Source of the DNA: Pseudomonas aeruginosa
Lineage (GTDB): Bacteria; Pseudomonadota; Gammaproteobacteria; Pseudomonadales; Pseudomonadaceae
Direction of reading: 5' to 3'
Assembly: GCF_001457615.1 (NCBI RefSeq)
Contig: NZ_LN831024.1
Coordinates: 2,730,001 to 2,762,000, forward strand
Length of the DNA stretch: 32,000 nt
Of this stretch, positions 1-12,829 are shown one piece after another. The translations under genes were made by a program, and so were the position numbers. The notes below the pieces were generated by a model. The model did no database searches. It was not told where the DNA came from and saw only the letters and a list, made by a program, of their open reading frames with translations. How positions within the stretch are numbered: the stretch's first letter is position 1; every line of letters begins with the position of its first letter.

Positions 1-1
1 G

Positions 2-691
2 GCGGGGCAGGAGATCGAACTGCTGGAGTCGGAGTTGCGCGGCGAACTGCGCCTCGCCGCGCCGCCGTCGTTCGCCGCGGCGTTCCTCCAGCAGGCCTGC
101 GCCAGCTTCCTCGAGGCGCATCCGCGGATCAGCCTGCGGGTGGACCTCGACGAAACCTTCCTCGATCTCAGCGAAGGCGGCTACGACCTCGGCCTGCGCG
201 ACGGCCCCATCGACCTGCCGGGGCTGGTGGCGCGGCCGCTGGCGCCGAATCAGATCGTGCTTTGCGCCAGCCCCGCCTACCTGGCGCGGCAACCCGCGCC
301 GCAAGGCCCGGAGGACTTCGAGCGGCACGCCTGGCTGGTCTTCCAGCACCCTTCGCTGAACCAGAACTTCTGGTGGATGGAGCGCGACGGCGCCCGCCAG
401 CGTATCGACCAGCCGCGCCCGCGACTGGCCAGCGACAACTACGACTTCCTGCTCGCCCACCTGCTGGCCGGGCTGGGCCTGCAGTTCTGCCCGCAGTGGA
501 GCGTCGCGCCGCTGCTCGGTGAAGGGCGGCTGGTGCGCCTGCTCGGCGACTACCACTTCGACCCGGGGCCGTTCGGGCCCTCCATCCATGTCCTCTATCC
601 GGGGCACCGGCGCAACACGCGGAAGGTCCGCGCGTTCCTCGAGCACCTGCGCGCCAGCTTGCAGCGACAGGGGCTGTGCCATCGGCTGTAA
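2..691 (+). CDS. LysR-family transcriptional regulator, C-terminal effector-binding portion (5' end outside window)
   Basis: Open frame to stop at 691; LysR substrate-binding pattern ...ELRGELRLAAPPSF...GYDLGLRDG...VLCASPAYLARQ.... The TTG start at 35 in the ORF track is unlikely because the frame is open upstream. Confidence 0.9.
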   Translation, partial: AGQEIELLESELRGELRLAAPPSFAAAFLQQACASFLEAHPRISLRVDLDETFLDLSEGGYDLGLRDGPIDLPGLVARPLAPNQIVLCASPAYLARQPAPQGPEDFERHAWLVFQHPSLNQNFWWMERDGARQRIDQPRPRLASDNYDFLLAHLLAGLGLQFCPQWSVAPLLGEGRLVRLLGDYHFDPGPFGPSIHVLYPGHRRNTRKVRAFLEHLRASLQRQGLCHRL

Positions 692-805
692 CGCTTCGGT
701 TACGAGTGGAACGAATTCGTTCCGATTGCCGGAAAAACCTTTGCTGTCAGGCGTTTGCGCTCTGGTTCGGGAAATGTCCGGCGGGTCTGTAACGAAAGCG
801 TTCCA
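687..805 (+). promoter_or_regulatory. Three 18-bp GcsR-like operator sites: 687-704, 707-724, 788-805
   Basis: tgtaacgCTTCggttacg, tggaacgAATTcgttccg and tgtaacgAAAGcgttcca match the recalled TyrR-like GcsR motif TGTAACG-N4-CGTTCCG; 708-723 is a perfect palindrome. Confidence 0.8.
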
Positions 806-869
806 TGGCGGCCCTGTCCGGGTTTCCCCCGCGCCCGGCCACGCCCCGTGGCGACAGGGTCGGGGCCGC

Positions 870-887
870 TTGGCACCCTGCTTGCTA
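870..887 (+). promoter_or_regulatory. Sigma54 (-24/-12) promoter of the glycine cleavage operon
   Basis: TTGGCACcctgcTTGCTA; TGGCAC-N5-TTGC with correct GG/GC spacing, 65-80 bp upstream of gcvH. Confidence 0.9.
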
Positions 888-949
888 CGGGCAGCCGCAG
901 AACAAAGTCCCGTCCCGACCGGGCGACCCGCTGACAATGAGGATCCAGC

Positions 950-1333
950 ATGAGCAAGTTGCGCTTTACCACCGACCACGAATGGCTGCGCCAGGACGAC
1001 GACGGGCTGCTGACCGTCGGCATCACCGCCTACGCCCAGGACGCCCTCGGTGACGTGGTATTCGTGCAGTTGCCGGAACTCGGCGAACACGCCGCCGGCA
1101 GTGAAGTGGCGGTGCTGGAGTCGGTCAAGGCCGCCAGCAACATCCTGATGCCGCTGGACGGCGAGGTGGTGGCGATCAACGACGCGCTGCCGGACGCCCC
1201 GGAGCTGGTCAACCAGGATCCGCTCGGCGAGGCCTGGTTCTTCCGTTTCCGTCCGGCCGACGCCGGCGCCTGGGAAAAGCTGCTCGACCAGGCCGCCTAC
1301 GACCGCCTGCTGAACGCCAACGCCGACGCCTGA
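950..1333 (+). CDS. gcvH: Glycine cleavage system H protein
   Basis: 127 aa; [11 protein letters not shown]..., lipoyl-lysine context [11 protein letters not shown]. Confidence 0.97.
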   Translation: MSKLRFTTDHEWLRQDDDGLLTVGITAYAQDALGDVVFVQLPELGEHAAGSEVAVLESVKAASNILMPLDGEVVAINDALPDAPELVNQDPLGEAWFFRFRPADAGAWEKLLDQAAYDRLLNANADA

Positions 1334-1343
1334 GGATCCCGCC

Positions 1344-4223
<2,880 letters not shown>

Positions 4224-4365
4224 CGGACGAGGAGGGCGCCGCCAGCGGCGGCGTCCTCGCGTTTCCGGCGATACCCCTTTCCCGGCGCCGCGCTTGCGTA
4301 GCGGCGCCGCGGCCACGCTCGCGCCAGCGAGCGTCCTGACACCGACACGACAAGAGGCCAGCGCC

Positions 4366-5622
4366 ATGTTCAGCAAGCACGACCAGCTCCAGGGCTACGA
4401 CGACGAACTGCTCGCCGCGATGGACGCCGAAGACCGGCGGCAGGAAGACCACATCGAACTGATCGCCTCGGAGAACTACGCCAGCAAGCGGGTCATGCAG
4501 GCGCAGGGCAGCGGCCTGACCAACAAGTATGCCGAGGGCTATCCGGGCAAGCGCTACTACGGCGGCTGCGAACACGTCGACAAGGTCGAGCGGCTGGCCA
4601 TCGACCGCGCCAGGCAACTGTTCGGCGCCGACTACGCCAACGTCCAGCCGCATTCCGGTTCCTCGGCCAACGCCGCGGTGTACCTGGCGCTGCTCAACGC
4701 CGGCGACACCATCCTCGGCATGAGCCTGGCCCACGGCGGCCATCTCACCCACGGCGCCAAGGTGTCCTCCTCCGGCAAGCTGTACAACGCCGTGCAGTAC
4801 GGCCTGGACACCGCTACCGGGCTGATCGACTACGACGAAGTCGAGCGCCTGGCCGTGGAGCATAAGCCGAAGATGATCGTCGCCGGCTTCTCCGCCTACT
4901 CCAAGACCCTCGACTTCCCGCGCTTCCGCGCCATCGCCGACAAGGTCGGCGCGCTGCTGTTCGTCGACATGGCCCACGTCGCCGGGCTGGTCGCCGCCGG
5001 CCTCTACCCGAATCCGATCCCCTTCGCCGACGTGGTCACCACCACCACCCACAAGACCCTGCGCGGCCCGCGCGGCGGCCTGATCCTGGCGCGCGCCAAC
5101 GAGGAGATCGAGAAGAAGCTCAACTCCGCGGTATTCCCCGGCGCCCAGGGCGGCCCGCTGATGCACGTGATCGCGGCCAAGGCGGTGTGCTTCAAGGAAG
5201 CGCTGGAGCCGGGCTTCAAGGACTACCAGGCGCAGGTGATCCGCAACGCCAAGGCGATGGCCGAGGTGTTCATCGGGCGCGGCTACGACGTGGTTTCCGG
5301 CGGCACCGACAACCACCTGATGCTGATCAGCCTGGTGAAGCAGGGGCTGACCGGCAAGGCCGCCGACGCGGCGCTCGGAGCGGCGCACATCACGGTGAAC
5401 AAGAACGCCGTGCCGAACGATCCGCAGAGCCCGTTCGTCACCTCCGGCATCCGCATCGGCACCCCAGCGGTGACCACTCGCGGTTTCCGCGAGGGCGAGT
5501 GCCGCGAACTGGCCGGCTGGATCTGCGACATCCTCGACGATATCGACAATCCCGAGGTCGGCGAACGGGTCAGGGGCCAGGTCGGCGAATTCTGCCGGCA
5601 CTTCCCGGTCTACGCTGATTGA
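4366..5622 (+). CDS. glyA: Serine hydroxymethyltransferase
   Basis: 418 aa from ATG 4366 ([15 protein letters not shown]...); [17 protein letters not shown] motif. The ORF-track start at 4294 is probably too far upstream. Confidence 0.97.
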   Translation: MFSKHDQLQGYDDELLAAMDAEDRRQEDHIELIASENYASKRVMQAQGSGLTNKYAEGYPGKRYYGGCEHVDKVERLAIDRARQLFGADYANVQPHSGSSANAAVYLALLNAGDTILGMSLAHGGHLTHGAKVSSSGKLYNAVQYGLDTATGLIDYDEVERLAVEHKPKMIVAGFSAYSKTLDFPRFRAIADKVGALLFVDMAHVAGLVAAGLYPNPIPFADVVTTTTHKTLRGPRGGLILARANEEIEKKLNSAVFPGAQGGPLMHVIAAKAVCFKEALEPGFKDYQAQVIRNAKAMAEVFIGRGYDVVSGGTDNHLMLISLVKQGLTGKAADAALGAAHITVNKNAVPNDPQSPFVTSGIRIGTPAVTTRGFREGECRELAGWICDILDDIDNPEVGERVRGQVGEFCRHFPVYAD

Positions 5623-5669
5623 ACAGGAGCGCCGCCATGGTGGCGGCCAATCCGCAAGCGGAGACGAGC

Positions 5670-7046
<1,377 letters not shown>

Positions 7047-7139
7047 ACCGCGCCGCTGCGCCGGCGCTTCTTTTTTCTTTCCCGACAATCGATCGCGGCT
7101 CTCCGGCAGACAGGAGGCCGGGATGCCATGGAGTGAAAC

Positions 7140-8261
7140 ATGACCGCAGAAACCCTCGCCAAGACGCCCCTGCACGCCCTGCACCTGGAACTGGGGGCGA
7201 AGATGGTGCCCTTCGCCGGCTATGACATGCCGGTGCAGTACCCGGCCGGGGTGCTCAAGGAGCACCTGCACACCCGCGAGCAGGCCGGTCTGTTCGATGT
7301 CTCGCACATGGGCCAGATCCGCCTGGTGGGCGCCGATGCGGCGCTGGCCCTGGAAAGCCTGGTGCCGGTGGACATCCTCGACCTGCCGGTGGGCCAGCAG
7401 CGCTACGCGTTGTTCACCGACGAGCAGGGCGGGATCCTCGACGACCTGATGGTGGCCAACCTCGGCGATTGCCTGCTGCTGGTGGTCAACGCCGCCTGCA
7501 AGCACCAGGACCTGGCGCACCTGCGTCGTCACCTGGAAGACCGTTGCAGCGTCGAGCCGCTGTTCGAGGAGCGTGCCTTGCTCGCCCTCCAGGGACCGGC
7601 GGCGGTGCGGGTGCTGGAGCGCCTGGCGCCGCAGGTGGCGCAGATGACCTTCATGCAGTTCGCCCGCGTCGAGCTGCTCGGCCAGGACTGCTACGTCAGC
7701 CGCTCCGGCTATACCGGTGAAGACGGCTACGAGATCTCCGTGCCCGCCGCCCATGCCGAGGCCCTGGCGCGGCGCCTGCTGGCCGAGCCGGAAGTGGCGC
7801 CGATCGGCCTCGGCGCGCGCGACTCGCTGCGCCTGGAAGCCGGCCTGTGCCTCTACGGCCACGACATGGACAGCGCCACCACGCCGGTCGAAGCCAGCCT
7901 CGGCTGGGCCATTTCCAAGGCGCGCCGCGCCGACGGCGTGCGCGCCGGCGGCTTCCCCGGCGCCGAGCGGATCTTTGCCCAGCAGGCGCAGGGCGTTGCC
8001 AGCAAGCGCGTCGGTTTCCTGCCGCAGGGGCGGATGCCGGTGCGCGAGGGCGCCGAGATCGTCGATGCCCAGGGGCGGGCGATCGGCAAGGTCAGCAGCG
8101 GCGGTTTCGGTCCGAGTCTCAACGCGCCGCTGGCCATGGGCTACGTGCCGAGCGAGCTGGCCGGCCTGGGCAGCGAGGTGACGGCGATGGTGCGCGGCAA
8201 GCCGGTGACCCTGGTGGTCAGCAAGATGCCCTTCGTGGCGCAGCGCTACTACCGCGGTTGA
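7140..8261 (+). CDS. gcvT: Glycine cleavage system aminomethyltransferase, T protein
   Basis: 373 aa; [28 protein letters not shown]..., [12 protein letters not shown]. Confidence 0.97.
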   Translation: MTAETLAKTPLHALHLELGAKMVPFAGYDMPVQYPAGVLKEHLHTREQAGLFDVSHMGQIRLVGADAALALESLVPVDILDLPVGQQRYALFTDEQGGILDDLMVANLGDCLLLVVNAACKHQDLAHLRRHLEDRCSVEPLFEERALLALQGPAAVRVLERLAPQVAQMTFMQFARVELLGQDCYVSRSGYTGEDGYEISVPAAHAEALARRLLAEPEVAPIGLGARDSLRLEAGLCLYGHDMDSATTPVEASLGWAISKARRADGVRAGGFPGAERIFAQQAQGVASKRVGFLPQGRMPVREGAEIVDAQGRAIGKVSSGGFGPSLNAPLAMGYVPSELAGLGSEVTAMVRGKPVTLVVSKMPFVAQRYYRG

Positions 8262-8268
8262 GCACTGG

Positions 8269-8296
8269 CCCTCTCTCGCCTCGGCGGGAGAGGGCG
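8269..8296. terminator. Strong hairpin between convergent genes
   Basis: GCCCTCTCTCGCC-TC-GGCGGGAGAGGGC, 12/13 complementary arms, 7 bp past the gcvT stop. There is no clear T tract. Confidence 0.6.
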
Positions 8297-8306
8297 GCGA
8301 CCGGCC

Positions 8307-9011
8307 TCACGGGTGTTTCGGCCGCTGCCGTTGCAGGCCCAGCTTCTTGGCCCGGTGGAATACCGCTGCGCGGGTCTTGCCGGTCTGCTGCGCACACCAT
8401 AGCGAGCCGCGCTGCTGGTAGTGCTGGCGCAACAGATCTTCCTCGGACTTGCTCCAGATCGCATTGTTGCGGTCGCGCCCGCTGTGCGGGGAAAGCTCCT
8501 CGGCCTTGCTGGCGACACTCTGGTAGCTGCGGCCGAGCATGTAGGCGCACCAGGCCAGGCTGCGCTTGCTGCCGTGGCGGCGGATGAACTCGACTTCTTC
8601 GCTGGACCAGGCGGCCGGTGCCTTCGGCGGCGCCTTGCGGTCCAGCGAGCGGGCGAGGGCGGCGCGGGCGCGCGCCACCGCCTGGTCGCCGGGATTGTTG
8701 CGGCGGGTCACGCCGAGGGCGCGGCGCCAGCGCCCCACCAGGCTCGGACTGAAACCCCACCAGAACTGCACCGACTCGGCGCATTCGGTACGTACCGCGC
8801 GCAGCAGGTCGCCGCAGAGAATCGGCGAAGGGCGGCCGCTGCGCTTGCGCGTCGGCCAGCGGAACAGGCCGTCGGTGAAGCCGCCGACCTCCACGGCGCC
8901 TTCCAGCTCGTCGACCAGCCAGTCGCCGGGGATCACCAGTGGGCTGGTGTAGGGCGCGCCGAGCAGCAGGTGGTTGATGGTAGCGACAGAGGTAGGGGTG
9001 TCTGCAGTCAT
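8307..9011 (-). CDS. Hypothetical protein with two C-terminal Myb/SANT or HTH-like repeats
   Basis: 234 aa from MTADTPTSVATINHLLLGAPYTSPLVIP, AAGGAT-type RBS upstream. Two similar segments: AWSSEEVEFIRRH...LAWCAYMLGRSYQSVASKAEEL and IWSKSEEDLLRQHY...SLWCAQQTGKTRAAVFHRAKKLGL. Confidence 0.75.
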   Translation of the reverse strand: MTADTPTSVATINHLLLGAPYTSPLVIPGDWLVDELEGAVEVGGFTDGLFRWPTRKRSGRPSPILCGDLLRAVRTECAESVQFWWGFSPSLVGRWRRALGVTRRNNPGDQAVARARAALARSLDRKAPPKAPAAWSSEEVEFIRRHGSKRSLAWCAYMLGRSYQSVASKAEELSPHSGRDRNNAIWSKSEEDLLRQHYQQRGSLWCAQQTGKTRAAVFHRAKKLGLQRQRPKHP

Positions 9012-9178
9012 GGGACGATCCTTGCTGATACCGGGCCAGCTGGGCTGGCCATATCCCTGAGAGCGGCGTCGCTGCGGCATGGCGGGCGACGGCGCGTTCG
9101 CTTCCCGTGGTTCGGGCGGTCTTCCGGCGGAGGGCGACTGCCTGTCGCGCCTCCTTGGGAACGGGCTGGAAGCCATGC

Positions 9179-10141
9179 TCATGGGCGGGCTCCACGATAG
9201 ATGTGCCAGGCCAGCCGGCCGGGACGGGCGGCGATCGCCGCATCCACCTCGATGCGCGGCAGGTCCAGCGGGTCGCAACGGGTATCCACCAGGCCATTGC
9301 GCGCGCCGAAGGCGAAGCGGTAGCCAAGCCGACCGAGGGCGGCGCGCAGGCCGGGTTGCGCGGCGGGTGTGGTACGAGCTTGGCAGAACACCGGCAGGGG
9401 GGCGGCGCAATGCTGCTGGAGCTGGCGGTGGGCGCGGCCGAGACAGTCCTCGGCGCAAAGGCCTGCCGATGGGTGCGGCTCCTGTCCGCGCAGGCCGAAG
9501 CGAAGCAGGCCGCTGTTTTCCAGGCGGCGGACCCGCTCCCAGTCGCCAGCGCTGTACAGTGCGGGAACCGGGCAGGCCGCGTGCAAGGCCTGCTGCGAGG
9601 CCGGGTCGAGGCGTTCCAGCTTGCGCAGGAGGAGGTCGAGGTTGCGGCTGCGACGCTGGTCGTCGCCGGTGCGTTCGAACACCGCCATGAGTGCCGCGCC
9701 GCTATAACCCTCCAGCAGTTCCAGCAAGGGTCCGGCGGCAGTCGCATCGGCCTGCCAGAGCGTCTCGGCCACCGCTTCGCGCCAACTGCGCGGGTCACCG
9801 CCGATGAAGGCGCTCGCCGGCATTTCGTAGCGTTCCAGCAGCGGATAGACCTGCTCGGCCAGTTCCGCAGGGTTGCCGTCGACGCTCAGGGCGATCCGCA
9901 GGCAGGCTGGAGCGGGGCCTTCGAGCAGGTGTTCCAGGGGAACGCAGAGGAAGTGCCGCTGTAGCCATAGCAACAGGGTTTCCAGGTCCTGACGATCGAG
10001 GCAGTGACCTTGCCGGTGCGGCAGGGTCGCGCGCCGGCGATCCGCGACTACCGGTCCCAGGCGCAGCACGATACCGTTCTGGCGCAGCCGGCGCTGGCCT
10101 ACGGAGGAGTTCAGGAACGTCATCCCGATCAGGCTTCGCAT
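9179..10141 (-). CDS. Polysaccharide deacetylase (NodB)-like protein, probably catalytically degenerate; start codon uncertain
   Basis: 320 aa ORF; CLRIALSVDGNPAELAEQVYPLLERYEMPASAFIGG aligns by eye to the xTFDDGxxxNxxxxxPLLxxxxxPATxFl region of the fold. Confidence 0.6.
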   Translation of the reverse strand: MRSLIGMTFLNSSVGQRRLRQNGIVLRLGPVVADRRRATLPHRQGHCLDRQDLETLLLWLQRHFLCVPLEHLLEGPAPACLRIALSVDGNPAELAEQVYPLLERYEMPASAFIGGDPRSWREAVAETLWQADATAAGPLLELLEGYSGAALMAVFERTGDDQRRSRNLDLLLRKLERLDPASQQALHAACPVPALYSAGDWERVRRLENSGLLRFGLRGQEPHPSAGLCAEDCLGRAHRQLQQHCAAPLPVFCQARTTPAAQPGLRAALGRLGYRFAFGARNGLVDTRCDPLDLPRIEVDAAIAARPGRLAWHIYRGARP

Positions 10142-10288
10142 GGCTTCCCCCGGCTCATCGACGATCCGTCACCGGCGATCGTTCCCTGCGCGCGGCAGGG
10201 CTTTCGCCAGCCTGTCCGGAGGCTGTGCCATGGACTCCGGCCCCGGCAGTCGATTCGGTCATGGGCGAGCCTCCTGGGGTAATCCGCA

Positions 10289-10358
10289 CAAACGTTTGCT
10301 GCGACCACGCAATGCGTGGCTCGAACCGGGGCTTGGCGAGGCCCCGGCGGTTGTTCGA
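10289..10358. repeat. Cluster of palindrome and hairpins in an intergenic region
   Basis: CAAACGTTTG (10289-10298); CCACGC-aat-GCGTGG (10305-10319); TCGAACCGGGGC-ttggcgag-GCCCCGGcGGTTgtTCGA (10321-10358). Confidence 0.5.
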
Positions 10359-10828
10359 TAAGGACTGCATGGCACCGGATAACGCTACAAAGGATCGATA
10401 TGATTCTTTTTTGACGCTATCACAGTCGATGGTCGGATTATTGACGCTCTGCCGCTGTTATAAAACCGTCAGGCTATGCGAAAAGGCCTGCCGGCTACGC
10501 GTCGAGGCCCGGAATGGCGTGCCTTTGCGGGGGAGATGAGGGCTCCGGTAGGCCTATGCGGATTGGTTATAAGAAATCCGATTTGAATGAAAATTGCCGA
10601 CGAATGGTCGTTTGCACGGATGTCCGGTGGTTTTTCCCGGCTGCTTAGAACCTTTCGATTGGTTAGGTGTTGCCCAGGGTGCTGCACACAGACTCTCGTC
10701 TTCCAGTCAAGAGCCTTGGGATGCAGACTGTTTTTCAAATCATGACAACTTCTTAACGCGCATTGTTATAAAGTTGCGGGCGTTTGCGCCGGCCTGGCCG
10801 GTACCTTCGAGTTTTGCCTGGAGTGAAG

Positions 10829-12829
10829 ATGAGAGTCGACCTGGACGCCGAGGGCGTCGCCGCCGAATCGCTGCCGCGTTTCCAGCAGGCGCCCCGGCAG
10901 TTGCGCCAGCTGTGGCGATGGGCAGCGGCCAGCGTCGCCTTGGCCGCCGCCTGCGCCGTGCTGGGGTTCTTCATCGGCCTGTTCGCCGCCGACTCGCTCT
11001 GGCCGCCGCTGCTGTACAACCTCGGCGCGGCCTGGCTGGTCCTGTTCGCCGGTCTGCACGCGGCCTACCGGGTCGCGGCCTGGCGTTGCGTGGTCCTCGG
11101 CGCGGAGGCCAGCGCGCGGCCTGCCTGGCTGCGCTGGCAGCGGGACGAACCCGACGCCACCGCCGACAGCGCCTATGAACGGCTGCTGGAGCGCCTGGGC
11201 CAGGCCATCGCCCACGGCCTGGCCCAGCTCGGGCACGCTGCGCTGTGGCTGGCGGCGAGCGCGGCGCTGGCGTTGTGCTTGGTAGCCGCCGGCTGGCGTC
11301 TCGACCTGCCGCCGGCCAGTTCCGGGCAAGCGGCCGACCTCGCCATCGGTATCTGCCTGCTGCTGGCCTTCGCGGTGCTGGTGCTGGAACGTCGCCTCGC
11401 CAGCCAAGGGCCGGCGCAGTGGCCGGAAGCCCCGGTCCTCGGGCAACTGGCGCGGGCGTTGATCGGTACCCTGGTGCTGGCCGCCCTCTGTCTGTTCCTG
11501 GCTCGCCAGGGACACCCCTGGGCCCCGCGCCTGGCGGTACTGCTCGGCCTGTTGCCGGCGGCGCTGGCGCTGGAGTTGCTGGGCAGGGCGATCCTGGCGA
11601 TGTTCGCGCCGCAGCGTGCCGGCCTCGAACCGCGCCTGGTCGCCACCAGCCTGCTGGCCGACCTGTTGCGCTGGCCGCCGCGTCCCCTGCAGCGTCTGCA
11701 GCATGAGTTGCACCAGCGCTTCGGCATCGACCTGCGCCAGGTCTGGGCCTTCGGTTTCATGCGGCGGGCGTTCCTGCCGGTGCTGGCGGTGGTGTCGCTG
11801 AGCGGCTGGCTGCTCAGCGGCGTACGCGAGATCGGCATGGATGCACGGGGTGTCTACGAGCGCTTCGGCAAGCCGGTCGCGGTGCTCGGCCCCGGCCTGC
11901 ACCTGGGGCTGCCCTGGCCGCTGGGGCGGGTGTTGGCGGTGGAGAACGGGGTGGTCCACGAGTTGGCCACCAGCGTCGCCGCCGGCGACGGCGGAGCCGA
12001 GCCGCTCGCGCCCGCCGAAGGTCCGGCCCCGGATAGCGCCAACCGCTTGTGGGACGCCTCCCACGTCAGCGAGAAATCGCAGGTCATCGCCAGCCTGGCC
12101 GACCGTCGGCAGAGCTTCCAGATCGTCAACATGGACGTGCGCATCGTCTACCGCATCGCTCTCGACGACGCGGCAGCGCTGGCGGCGACCTACCGCAGCG
12201 CCGACGTGCCGACGCTGGTGCGCAGCACCGCCAGCCGCGTACTGGTGCATGCCTTCGCCTCGCGGACCCTCGATGAGGTCCTCGGCGAGCAGCGCGCGGG
12301 CCTGGCCGAGCAGATCGGCCAGGCCGTGCAGGCCGATCTCGACCGCCTCGGCAGCGGCGTCGAGGTACTGGGCGCGGCGGTCGAGGCGATCCATCCGCCG
12401 GCCGGTGCGGCGAACGCCTACCACGCGGTGCAGGCCGCGCAGATCACCGCCCAGGCGCTGATCGCCCGCGAGCGCGGGCAGGCCGCCGCGCAGCGCAACG
12501 AGGCGCAACTACAGGCCAGCGTGGCGCACGACCGGGCCAGCGCGCAGGCCCGCGAGACCCTGGCCGCCGCGCAGGCCGCCGACCGGCGTTTCGCCGCCGA
12601 GCGGGAAGGCTATGCCGACGCCGGCCAGGCTTTCCTGCTGGAGGCCTACTACCGCCAACTCGGACGCGGCCTGGGCAAGGCCAACCTGCTGCTCATCGAC
12701 CACCGCATCGCCGGCGCCGGCGCGCCGACCATCGACCTGCGCAGCTTCGGCCTCGGCCGCCTGGATTCCCCGTCTTCGTCCCGTCCGTCCGCCGCTCCGG
12801 CGTCCGCGGCCGGGCAATCCGCACCATGA
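10829..12829 (+). CDS. Large polytopic membrane protein with C-terminal SPFH (HflK/HflC/stomatin-like) domain
   Basis: 666 aa from MRVDLDAEGVAAES; several hydrophobic N-terminal segments, then SGVREIGMDARGVYERFGKPVAVLGPGLHLGLPWPLGRV and a long Ala/Glu/Arg coiled region. Confidence 0.85.
   Translation: MRVDLDAEGVAAESLPRFQQAPRQLRQLWRWAAASVALAAACAVLGFFIGLFAADSLWPPLLYNLGAAWLVLFAGLHAAYRVAAWRCVVLGAEASARPAWLRWQRDEPDATADSAYERLLERLGQAIAHGLAQLGHAALWLAASAALALCLVAAGWRLDLPPASSGQAADLAIGICLLLAFAVLVLERRLASQGPAQWPEAPVLGQLARALIGTLVLAALCLFLARQGHPWAPRLAVLLGLLPAALALELLGRAILAMFAPQRAGLEPRLVATSLLADLLRWPPRPLQRLQHELHQRFGIDLRQVWAFGFMRRAFLPVLAVVSLSGWLLSGVREIGMDARGVYERFGKPVAVLGPGLHLGLPWPLGRVLAVENGVVHELATSVAAGDGGAEPLAPAEGPAPDSANRLWDASHVSEKSQVIASLADRRQSFQIVNMDVRIVYRIALDDAAALAATYRSADVPTLVRSTASRVLVHAFASRTLDEVLGEQRAGLAEQIGQAVQADLDRLGSGVEVLGAAVEAIHPPAGAANAYHAVQAAQITAQALIARERGQAAAQRNEAQLQASVAHDRASAQARETLAAAQAADRRFAAEREGYADAGQAFLLEAYYRQLGRGLGKANLLLIDHRIAGAGAPTIDLRSFGLGRLDSPSSSRPSAAPASAAGQSAP

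Noticed and set aside
10305-10358. GGTTCGA on the minus strand near hairpins, considered as a tRNA or tRNA-like element
   Set aside because: No acceptor, D or anticodon arm could be fitted; kept only as an unassigned structured region.
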